A stretch of 63,641 bases of DNA, filler included, from Thraustochytrium aureum (Eukaryota): NCBI GenBank assembly GCA_012862495.1. It is 5 parts of 3 records of this genome, joined end to end, with 100 filler letters (N's around TTAATTAATTAA, not from the genome) between each part and the next. Parts side by side here need not be neighbours in the genome. Positions count along the whole stretch, not along the records: positions 34,701 to 44,440 come from BLSG01000126.1; positions 44,541 to 57,633 come from BLSG01000127.1; 3 more parts are not named here. One strand, given 5' to 3'. A program made the translations under genes and the position numbers. The notes under the pieces are model-generated. The model did no database searches and was not told the DNA's origin. It saw only the letters and a program-made list of their open reading frames with translations. Of this stretch, positions 35,598 to 44,557 are shown one piece after another (the first letter of the stretch is position 1; each line of letters begins with the position of its first letter).

Positions 35598-36662
35598 ATG
35601 CGGCTCTCGACGCTTGCCGCGGCAAGTCTTGCCATCGCGGCATGCGCTCCCAGTGAAGCCGACGCGGCGACGATGCTCAACATGGACGTGATCCAAACCC
35701 TCTCGTACACCGATGACAAGAGCGCTTGCGAGGCAAGGCAGGCTGATCTCGCTCGGTGGAACGCTACTGCACAATTATGCATGGCGGAGTCAATGCGCGG
35801 CCTCCACGGAGTGACATACCTCGCCGTGAAACACTTCAACGAGCGAAACGGCACGTACGTTCCAGATTTCGGCAGACTAGGGTCGTGCGATAAGAGGATC
35901 GCTCTCCGGCACATTGACGAACACTACGATACGCGTCGGTCTGTCCGAGACCTCTTGGCCGCTTTCGCAGCCTCAAGACCACATGTTGCCATCGGTGCGT
36001 CTAGCTCGACGCGATCCGTGCCTGCCTCGCTTATCAGCAACGCCTACGATATCCCAATGATTAGCTACTGGTCCACCAGCGCGGCGCTCAGTGACCAAAT
36101 GTCCACTCAAGGTTCATGCGGACCATTCCGACCGACGACGCTGTCGCATACGCAATCTGCAAGCACTGGGCGGGACTCGGATTCAGCTTTGCCGGCGTCT
36201 TGTTCGAGACCAACGACGCGTACGCCGAGACGTTCAAGGAAGGAATCCTGCGGTCTTGTGTCAACGTCGGCCTCAGCGATGTCGTCGCCGTGGGTATCAC
36301 GTCTTATGATGAGAGCCACCTAGCTGATCGCATAAACGTCCTGGCAAGAACGGGCCTCCGGGCCTTTGCGCTCATCATTATTTCCGACCTAGGAGCCAAG
36401 TTCGTACTCGAGAGAGCCTATGACGCAGGGATTCTCGGCAAAGGGACAAGCTGGGTCGTCGGTGATGCTGTGCAGATCGGAGCCCTAAACGCGATCGAGC
36501 GCAAGGAGGTGCGCCAAGCCGCTCTCGGAGTCCATCAAATCGTGGCCGGCGGAGGCGCTGCGAGCAACCCGAGGTGGAACAAGTTTAAGGCCGACTGGCC
36601 GAGCTTCGACCCGGTCGAGTTGGCGGCAACACTCCCCGACGACATCGTTCCCGAGGGAAACG
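35598..36662 (+). pseudogene. Class C GPCR paralogue 3, with a 1-nt deletion at ~36095 (pseudogene or sequencing error); 3' end in gap
   Basis: Nearly identical to copy 2. gacacaaatg in copy 2 reads gaccaaatg here, which shifts the frame. Confidence 0.6.
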
Positions 36663-37566
36663 NNNNNNNNNNNNNNNNNNNNNNNNNNNNNNNNNNNNNN
36701 NNNNNNNNNNNNNNNNNNNNNNNNNNNNNNNNNNNNNNNNNNNNNNNNNNNNNNNNNNNNNNNNNNNNNNNNNNNNNNNNNNNNNNNNNNNNNNNNNNNN
36801 NNNNNNNNNNNNNNNNNNNNNNNNNNNNNNNNNNNNNNNNNNNNNNNNNNNNNNNNNNNNNNNNNNNNNNNNNNNNNNNNNNNNNNNNNNNNNNNNNNNN
36901 NNNNNNNNNNNNNNNNNNNNNNNNNNNNNNNNNNNNNNNNNNNNNNNNNNNNNNNNNNNNNNNNNNNNNNNNNNNNNNNNNNNNNNNNNNNNNNNNNNNN
37001 NNNNNNNNNNNNNNNNNNNNNNNNNNNNNNNNNNNNNNNNNNNNNNNNNNNNNNNNNNNNNNNNNNNNNNNNNNNNNNNNNNNNNNNNNNNNNNNNNNNN
37101 NNNNNNNNNNNNNNNNNNNNNNNNNNNNNNNNNNNNNNNNNNNNNNNNNNNNNNNNNNNNNNNNNNNNNNNNNNNNNNNNNNNNNNNNNNNNNNNNNNNN
37201 NNNNNNNNNNNNNNNNNNNNNNNNNNNNNNNNNNNNNNNNNNNNNNNNNNNNNNNNNNNNNNNNNNNNNNNNNNNNNNNNNNNNNNNNNNNNNNNNNNNN
37301 NNNNNNNNNNACCGAGGCCCTCCGCATGCGTGCCGCAGGAGTGAACGGCCAGAAGCTGGACGCGCGGCATCTTTCCATCCGTCCATCCGTCCATCATCTG
37401 GCTCGACGCCAACGTGATCGACCCGTCCAAAACCTTCACTCAGCTCCAGCAGACCTGAGACCGCGCAGGACTCCAGCCAGCCAGCCAGCCAGTCAGCCAG
37501 GCGCGCAGGCGCGCAGGCGTGCAGGCAGGCGGGCAGGCGGGCAGGCGGGCAGGTAGGCGGGCGAGG

Positions 37567-40425
37567 ATGGGCGCGACGAGACTGGAGCGGACTCCGCTCC
37601 GGCCGCTGGTTGATGGGGGAGACGAAGGCGCGGTGGTCGGGAATGGAGGATACTATCAGAGCCTGCCAGCAGGGCAGGACGGCGGGGCCTCGGAGCGGCA
37701 CGCGGTGAGGCTGGCCGCCCTGTTCGTCAAGGCTGCAGTGTTTGACCGCAGGATTGACCACTTGACGGACGAGAGGTCGCTCAGGTTCTTGGAGCTCTAC
37801 TATGGGCGGCTCGTGCAGGGCGCCGTGTCTGTTGGCGTGCTCGGGTACTTGGTGGTTACTTTCTTTGAGGACGGCGAGGGGGCGCACAGCGACTGGCTCT
37901 TTGCTGCGGAGGCGCTGTGCTGGCTGACGCTCGCCGGGGCTTCGGCCTCCGCAACAGATTCACAGACACGCGACGGCTGCTCCGCAGCAGGTTTGCGCGT
38001 ATCCACGCAATTGCCATGCTCGTGGCGTTCGTCGACTTGGTGGCAAGCTGGGCGGCGGTCGCGCGCCGGGTCGCCCTACTTTAGGTACGCGCGCGCCGTG
38101 CGGCCAGTGCTGCAGCTCGAGTACAACCAGCTTGTGCGGCGCCGGGCGGTCGACATTTTACGCACGACGTACCGAGTCCGGGCCGCGCTACTGCTGCTGG
38201 TGTTTCAGATCACCTTCTTCGCGGTTGTGTCCATGTTCCTCTTCTACGGGTCCGCAGAGGGTCATCAATACTTTAGCTCAATGAGCCAGAGCATGGTCAC
38301 GCTGATCATCCTCCTCAGCACGTGCAACTCGCCCAAGGTGATGCTGCCGGCTTTTCAAGACAACAAGCTCTACTCGCTGTACTTTGTCTTTTACCTGATC
38401 GTGTCGGTATTCTTCATGCTCAACCTCGTGCTGGCGGTCGTGTACAACGAGCACCGCCGCCACCTCAAGCGGGAGGCGCGCCGCGAGGCCATGCGCAAGC
38501 GCGTCTGCATGAGCGCGGCATTCCGTGTCCTCTTCCTCCAATCGCACGCGGCAATGGGGCAGAGGAGCTCGCAGCTTTTTCTCGCCCGGGATGCGTACGA
38601 GAACGGCCTGCCTGCGCTTCTCGTCGCGAAGCTACTCGTCCAGCTCGGTCTCTCGCGCTCGCACGCCCGAGCCTATACTCGCTTTATGCAAGGCGGGATG
38701 CAGGCCAGCCACGGCACCATCTCCAGGGACAACTTTGAAGACGTCCTGCTTGTCACACACATGGCCATCCGGTCCAAGCTCGCGGACGACCCGGACGACG
38801 ACCTGGTCGTCGAAGAGAGCGACTCTGATGACGACGAGGTCGTGGACCCCGTACTCTCGGACCCGGAAACCCGCAGGCTACTCCGGTCGCTGGACAGCCA
38901 GACAAGTGCAGCTAGCGCACGAGACGAGCTGGGCGTAGGCGCGGCGCCGGTTGGGAGGTCTGTCGAGCGCGGCCCGGTCGTTCTTGCCGCGGCTAACTGC
39001 GACACCCCCCCATCCGTGGTGTCTGCCGAGCGCCGCGACTCGTTTATCGCAGAGCCATTTCGAGACAAATTCGACCCAGAGGAGGACGGCGTCGACGCTT
39101 GCCCCTATTCAATACCTGGTTGCGGCAAGACAAAGCCATCGACCTCGAGCGGGTTCAAGCGCCTAGCTATCCGCACGGTGATGCACCATACTTGGCTCGG
39201 CGCCAACATCGGGTACGTCAAGACGCTCGACTTTGTCGTGAACGTGCTGCTGCTGGGCTCTGGAATCACAACCGTTATGTTCCTCACCCTCGACGCGGAG
39301 GCGATAATGCTGGACGACCCGGTCGGGTACGCTGTGTTCAATTCGCTCTGCTCGATGTTTTTCGTGTTTGAAATGGCCGTGCGGATCCGGGCGGCCGGCG
39401 TGGGTCGGTTTTTCCAGTACGCATGGAACATGTTTGAATTTATCATCGTGATTTCGTCGTTTCTGGGTGCTGTCACGCAGTTTTCCTCGATCAGCTTTTT
39501 CCGCGACAACCACCACCTGTTCCTCTTTGCTCGAAAGCTGCGCCTTTTGCGTCTGCTCCGTTCGGTGCCGCAGTTCCGCCTGCTGACGGAGATCATGCTC
39601 TACATGGTGCCGGCGTTATACACGTTTGGCCGCGTCATTTTCACTTTCATGTACATGTACGCCATCCTGGCGATGGGCATTCTTGGACACGTTCGGCTGG
39701 CGCCGGAATCCTACGTGGCGAACGACTTTTCGACCTTCCCGCTCGCCTTGCTGACCTTGTTCGAGCTCATGGTCATCAATGACTGGAACGCGACGATGGA
39801 GGGCTTTCACAAGGCGACTGGGAATGCCTGGGTGCAGCTCTTTTTCATCGTGTGGTACTTCTTCGCCGTCATCGTCATGCTGAATTCCGTAACGTCGTTT
39901 GCACTGGAGGCCCTTGACGTGCACATCACGCGGTCCAACCTCTTCCAAGAGGTTCAGGAGATTGCGACCGGAGCGCACACCGCACCGCCGTCTCCTCAGG
40001 TCCGTCGCACCAACACCGACCCCACGGCTGGGGCTCGGTTTCTCACCCCCAGCGAAGTGCGCCGCAGCCAGCGCATGCACATGACCCCGCCGCCAGTGGA
40101 TGACCAGGACCTGGTGATGCCACGTCTGCGCGACAGCTGCGCGTCAGGATCACAGCAGGCCCGTCGTGCGGCTGGGTTGGCCACGTCGTCCACAGAGACG
40201 CTTGATCCCAACCGCGAGCTGCGACGGAGCATGTCCATCGCGGACCGTTTCCGCACGGTTGAGGCGGTCAACCTCCTGTTCAAGTCAAAGCCGCTGGAGT
40301 CCAACATGTTTCGCGTTCTTCAAGACGTCTTTGACGAAGAGGTGGACGAGCCCACTTCCCTGGAGATTGACCGCGAGCTGGCGCGCCTCGGCCACACGGA
40401 CTTGTCAACGTTTTCGAGCGATTGA
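37567..40425 (+). CDS. TPC1: Two-pore channel (TPC)
   Basis: Two 6-TM repeats. Pore I LLSTCNSPKVMLPAF, S6 FFMLNLVLAVVYNE, S4-II RKLRLLRLLR, NDFSTF, pore II FELMVINDW. A short compensated frameshift at ~37935-38065 places S3 (RIHAIAMLVAFVDL) in another frame. Confidence 0.88.
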   Translation: MGATRLERTPLRPLVDGGDEGAVVGNGGYYQSLPAGQDGGASERHAVRLAALFVKAAVFDRRIDHLTDERSLRFLELYYGRLVQGAVSVGVLGYLVVTFFEDGEGAHSDWLFAAEALCWLTLAGASASATDSQTRDGCSAAGLRVSTQLPCSWRSSTWWQAGRRSRAGSPYFRYARAVRPVLQLEYNQLVRRRAVDILRTTYRVRAALLLLVFQITFFAVVSMFLFYGSAEGHQYFSSMSQSMVTLIILLSTCNSPKVMLPAFQDNKLYSLYFVFYLIVSVFFMLNLVLAVVYNEHRRHLKREARREAMRKRVCMSAAFRVLFLQSHAAMGQRSSQLFLARDAYENGLPALLVAKLLVQLGLSRSHARAYTRFMQGGMQASHGTISRDNFEDVLLVTHMAIRSKLADDPDDDLVVEESDSDDDEVVDPVLSDPETRRLLRSLDSQTSAASARDELGVGAAPVGRSVERGPVVLAAANCDTPPSVVSAERRDSFIAEPFRDKFDPEEDGVDACPYSIPGCGKTKPSTSSGFKRLAIRTVMHHTWLGANIGYVKTLDFVVNVLLLGSGITTVMFLTLDAEAIMLDDPVGYAVFNSLCSMFFVFEMAVRIRAAGVGRFFQYAWNMFEFIIVISSFLGAVTQFSSISFFRDNHHLFLFARKLRLLRLLRSVPQFRLLTEIMLYMVPALYTFGRVIFTFMYMYAILAMGILGHVRLAPESYVANDFSTFPLALLTLFELMVINDWNATMEGFHKATGNAWVQLFFIVWYFFAVIVMLNSVTSFALEALDVHITRSNLFQEVQEIATGAHTAPPSPQVRRTNTDPTAGARFLTPSEVRRSQRMHMTPPPVDDQDLVMPRLRDSCASGSQQARRAAGLATSSTETLDPNRELRRSMSIADRFRTVEAVNLLFKSKPLESNMFRVLQDVFDEEVDEPTSLEIDRELARLGHTDLSTFSSD

Positions 40426-40693
40426 TTAGTAGCTCTAGTGAGCTTGGGAGAGGAGCCGAGAGCCCGGGGACGGGGGGGGGCGTTTGGCGGCGCCGTAGGC
40501 CAAGCTGGCAGCGAGAGGTGCAACGAAGCGGGGGCACCACCAACACAAGTGTAGTACAATGCGCAGTGTTTTGTTGTTTTTCGTTTCTTTTTGCGAGCTT
40601 TCAATTGATCAAGAAAGAGCAGGATTCAGCTTGCGCCTCGTGGCGGCCACCCAGTGGGAATCTGCTGGCGGCGCCAGCGCTCGCGTGCGGTAG

Positions 40694-42802
40694 TCATAGA
40701 CGTGCAGCGCTGTCGATGGCGGCGGCCAGACTATCGATCTGTGCAAACTGCCACGGCCAGGTCCAGTCCACAAAGATGGGACGAAGGTCAAAGCGGTTGT
40801 CGTCCACCCCATACGACTCGCAATGCACCGAGGGCGTGAGCGTGGTGGCCTTGTGCCTGTTTTGCGCATACGACCTGAAGAAGTGTTTGACCTTGACGGC
40901 AACCTCGGTGGCAGAAAGGTGGGACCACTCCGGAACGAGGCGCTTGAACATGGAGACTGGCCCGCAACGCGCGATCTTACGTAGACGGCCGAACTGGCTC
41001 AACTCGCTGTACGACATGCCCATGTCGTCTTCGTCCGTCTGCGTATAGTTTTCCGTGATTGGCTCGAGCTCAGCGGTGGGCGGGGCCTCAGAGATGGCCT
41101 TGAGAACGGTGTAGCCGAGGCCGGCCCCCATGGACGCCCAATGCAGGAATCGCTTCAGGTCGACCTTGCTGATGCCCCCGATCGGGTTGAGGTCAGCGGA
41201 CGAGCAGTCGTACTTGGTGAGGTACCCGCGCAGGCCCTCGTCGACGTTGCCCGAGCCGAGCACGAGCAGCCAGCCCTTGTTGCCGCGCACCCACGGGAGG
41301 AGTTGAGCGAGCATGTAGCTGAAAAGCATGCGGAACCGCGCCTGGATGTTTTGCAGCGCCTGGTTTTCCGCAAAGGTACCGCCATGTACGCGAAACTGAG
41401 GCGTTCGACCCGTTGTCGCACTGAAAAGCGCCAGGATTGCGGCGATCACGGGGTCAACATTTACACAAAGGTGGTAGCCGCCGACGGCTTCGGCGAGCTG
41501 CGCGGCGAAGTCGCGCGTCCCCGTTGAGCTGTTGCTCGTTCCCAGGTAGGCGGAATGCAGGATGCGGCTCGCAAACTCGCGCGGATCGGTTGGCACGTAG
41601 CTCGAGTCGGGGGCGTGGCCCGTGATGCGCCGAGCGTCTGCGATTACCTGGGCATCCCCTGCAGCGGCCTCGCGCGCCACCATCTGGCACATGCTCCCAA
41701 CGATGGCCGCTGTCGAGGACGAGTCGGCCCCACCCGAAAGCGGCAGGAAGAAACCCGACGCCCCAGAACGGCGCAGGTAGTCCCAAAGCCAGGACGCTGG
41801 GCCGAGCGCGATCTCCTCCTCTGGCGAATGGTACCGCACCTCGAGGGGCTGCGAGACGATTGCAAACCTCTCGTCGCTGCACAAGTCAAAGGCGACCGGC
41901 ACAGCAAACACCGGCTTGGCCTGCGACGCTTGGACGCCGCGACTCGCTTTTGAGATGCGGAACGACCGAATCTCCTGGAGGTCGATCGTGGCGGTCACGA
42001 CCTCGACGTCTTTGAGCGAAAACTGGTGGCCTTGCGCCACGATTTTGCCGTTGACCGCGATCAAAGCGCACCCGTCATACAGGAGGCGGCCGCCGTCGCA
42101 GCCGAGCTGGTTGGCGTACAGGTAGCAGCCGCCGCTCTTCTCGGTCGCGCTTCGAATCAGGTCGATTCGCTTGTTGAGCTTGCGCAGCTCGTGGTGGCTC
42201 CCGGAGCCGTTCCCAAGCAGCTCGATGCCGGCAAGCCCCAGGTTGATGTGGGGGCTGTCTGGGGTGAACAGCTCCTCGCACGTTTCGGAGCTGAGCTTGG
42301 TGTCGTTCGTGCTGACGCAGCAGTCGCCAAAGGGCACGGTGGTCTGCCCGGTCACCTCGCACAGCACCTTGACGAGCCGGTGCTCGTCGACCTGGCCGAG
42401 GCGCTCCCAGCGGGTGAACCACCGCGGCTCGCGGTAGTTGCCGTCGTCTGCCAGGAACAGCTTGGGCCGCACGCACAAAATCTTGCCGTCCAAGCACATC
42501 ACGCGGCAGTTGTACGGCACCGAGTTGTGGAGAAGCGGCATCCCGACGTCGCACAGAATCCCGTGCGTCGTGTCGTCGCGCAGCAGCTCAGCGAGCGCTT
42601 CCGCCGAGTGCTGAAACGTATCAATCTCATGAAAGTGGTCTTCGCACCCGTACCCGCTCAGCTCCAGCTCGGGCCCGACTCTGTACCTCGCGCCGGCGGC
42701 CTTGGCCAGCACGATCGACCTCTTCGTGCGCTCCAGGTTGCCGCCAAAGTCCAGCGCCCATTGGTCCAGCGCGCACGTCGCGACCTTGGCAAACTGCGAC
42801 AT
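40694..42802 (-). CDS. NADSYN1: Glutamine-dependent NAD+ synthetase
   Basis: Nitrilase domain (GPELELSGYGCEDHF, RPKLFLADDGNYREPRWF, ETCEELF) plus PLSGGADS, QNIQAR, GYLTKYDCSSADLNPIGGISK and NRHK. Confidence 0.97.
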   Translation of the reverse strand: MSQFAKVATCALDQWALDFGGNLERTKRSIVLAKAAGARYRVGPELELSGYGCEDHFHEIDTFQHSAEALAELLRDDTTHGILCDVGMPLLHNSVPYNCRVMCLDGKILCVRPKLFLADDGNYREPRWFTRWERLGQVDEHRLVKVLCEVTGQTTVPFGDCCVSTNDTKLSSETCEELFTPDSPHINLGLAGIELLGNGSGSHHELRKLNKRIDLIRSATEKSGGCYLYANQLGCDGGRLLYDGCALIAVNGKIVAQGHQFSLKDVEVVTATIDLQEIRSFRISKASRGVQASQAKPVFAVPVAFDLCSDERFAIVSQPLEVRYHSPEEEIALGPASWLWDYLRRSGASGFFLPLSGGADSSSTAAIVGSMCQMVAREAAAGDAQVIADARRITGHAPDSSYVPTDPREFASRILHSAYLGTSNSSTGTRDFAAQLAEAVGGYHLCVNVDPVIAAILALFSATTGRTPQFRVHGGTFAENQALQNIQARFRMLFSYMLAQLLPWVRGNKGWLLVLGSGNVDEGLRGYLTKYDCSSADLNPIGGISKVDLKRFLHWASMGAGLGYTVLKAISEAPPTAELEPITENYTQTDEDDMGMSYSELSQFGRLRKIARCGPVSMFKRLVPEWSHLSATEVAVKVKHFFRSYAQNRHKATTLTPSVHCESYGVDDNRFDLRPIFVDWTWPWQFAQIDSLAAAIDSAARL

Positions 42803-42810
42803 TATCGCCC

Positions 42811-42990
42811 TGCGCACTCCGCTCCTGTCTTGTGCGCACTCCGCTCCTGCCGTGTGCGCACTGCGCTCCTGCCCTGTGCGCACTCCGCTCCTGTCTTGTG
42901 CGCACTCCGCTCCTGCCTTGTGCGCACTCCGCTCCTGCCCTGTGCGCACTCCGCTCCTGCGCTGCGCGCACTCCGCTCCTGCGCGCGCAC
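42811..42990 (+). repeat. 22-bp minisatellite (TGCGCACTCCGCTCCTGYYYTG) x8 abutting the NAD synthetase start
   Basis: Units start at 42811, 42833, 42855, 42877, 42899, 42921, 42943 and 42965. Confidence 0.9.
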
Positions 42991-43730
42991 CCGCTCTGCC
43001 GTGCCTGCCTGCCTGCCTGCCTGCGCGTTCAGATCTATGGCAGACGGTGTGCCCGTGTTTCCTCCTACTGCGAGACACAGTCCGTCCTAGGCTGGAAGAA
43101 CAGCGTTGATTCTCTTTCGTTCTTTTCCTCCTCGACGAGCCATACACTCTATCAGAGTGCACACCTTGTAAAAACATGCTCTACCACTCTGAGCCCTGAG
43201 GATGCACGCCGGCACCGGTACAGTACTCTACCTGCCTACCGGTACCGCCTTCACGTTGTAGTGAGCAGCAGGGAGTCCTTGCAGTGTGAGCAGGCTCAGC
43301 ATGTGTAGTAGAGCGGGATGATCGTGATGCTGATCTGGGCTCCCCTCCCCGCCCACTCCGTCCGGCCGCGTACGATGTTCATCTTCTTGCAAGTTGGTGA
43401 CGACTCTGTAAGGACGGTCTCGGTGGACGAGTGTGTATTACCGTGACAGAGTACTCTCACTACCTACCTTACCCTCTCTGGAGGGGCGGTACTCTACTCT
43501 ACTGTACTCCGTCGGGATACTAAGCCTGTCTCTTGGTACTCCGTCACTGGCAGGCTTGCCAGTCCAATCACGCCGCTGCAGTTTGTTTGCAAGGCCACGG
43601 CTTCCGGTGAGCTTCCGGCCGGATACCTGGTGCACACTGCTGCGGAGCGTGCGAGCTCGTCGCGCAGCTGCAGCGAGGGCAAGCAGTGCCCGATTGGACA
43701 CGCGATACGGGCCTCGGACGAGCTGCGACC

Positions 43731-44440
43731 ATGCGCGATGAGGAGGCGCTCAGGAAACTGCGGGCCTGGGCGAAGCAAGCGGAAACCGCAGCCGAAACCG
43801 CGAATGCTGCGGGAAATGCCTCGAGCCTGGCACCACATGTTTTAGAGGCCGTGGAAAGTCACCTTGACGAACGGGACGGCGTCGTCCTGGAGATAGCTCG
43901 AGAGGTCCTCGATGTGGCGCAAATTTTCGACCCCATAAGTACCGGGGTTGGGTTCGTTCTCAGGCGGATTGCCAGGGCGTTGAAGAACGGCGTCATGGCT
44001 CTCGAGGTGCTGCAAGCTGTTGAGCAGCTCCAAAAGGAAGGCTTTCTTGATGGAGTCGCAGAGTGCGTCGAGCCGAGCAACAGGCGAGATTTCAATACAG
44101 CGGTCAACAATCTCGTCAAGGCGTTGGTGGTTCTAATCGACTTTTGCGAGAAACCCGGCGTGGCAGGTTGCATAGCCAAGCTATTGCGTGTTGGGCGCGA
44201 CGAGAAGGAGATCAGAACGGCCACCTTGAGCATTTTAGGCTCGCAGACTGCGTTGCTCTTAATCTTGGGAGATATTGTCAATGCTCAGAAATGCATTGCC
44301 CTGCACCACAAGCTCGAGGAGCGCGTAGAGAAGGAAAACCCCAAAGCCAAGGCTGAGCTCAAGCAGGCAAGGCGAGAACGGGCCGTGCTGGAAGAACGCC
44401 TTCAGGAAATTCGTCGGCAACGCGAGGAGCAGGGAGCATC
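43731..44440 (+). CDS. Hypothetical all-helical protein, N-terminal part (truncated at scaffold end)
   Basis: Open frame of about 236 codons with amphipathic helices and a C-terminal coiled coil. Confidence 0.55.
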
Positions 44441-44557
44441 NNNNNNNNNNNNNNNNNNNNNNNNNNNNNNNNNNNNNNNNNNNNTTAATTAATTAANNNN
44501 NNNNNNNNNNNNNNNNNNNNNNNNNNNNNNNNNNNNNNNNAGAACGCGAGCGACCCT

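Noticed and set aside
37567..42802. Functional TPC-NAD synthetase cluster (NAADP signalling)
   Set aside because: Only convergent adjacency supports it. NAD synthetase does not make NAADP, and there is no evidence of co-regulation.
17461..42990. CRISPR-like arrays (15-bp and 22-bp repeats)
   Set aside because: No unique spacers, no cas genes, and a eukaryotic context; these are minisatellites.
42811..42990. TGCGCAC as an MTF-1 metal-response element array
   Set aside because: It matches TGCRCNC, but MTF-1 is an animal factor and the adjacent gene is not metal-related.
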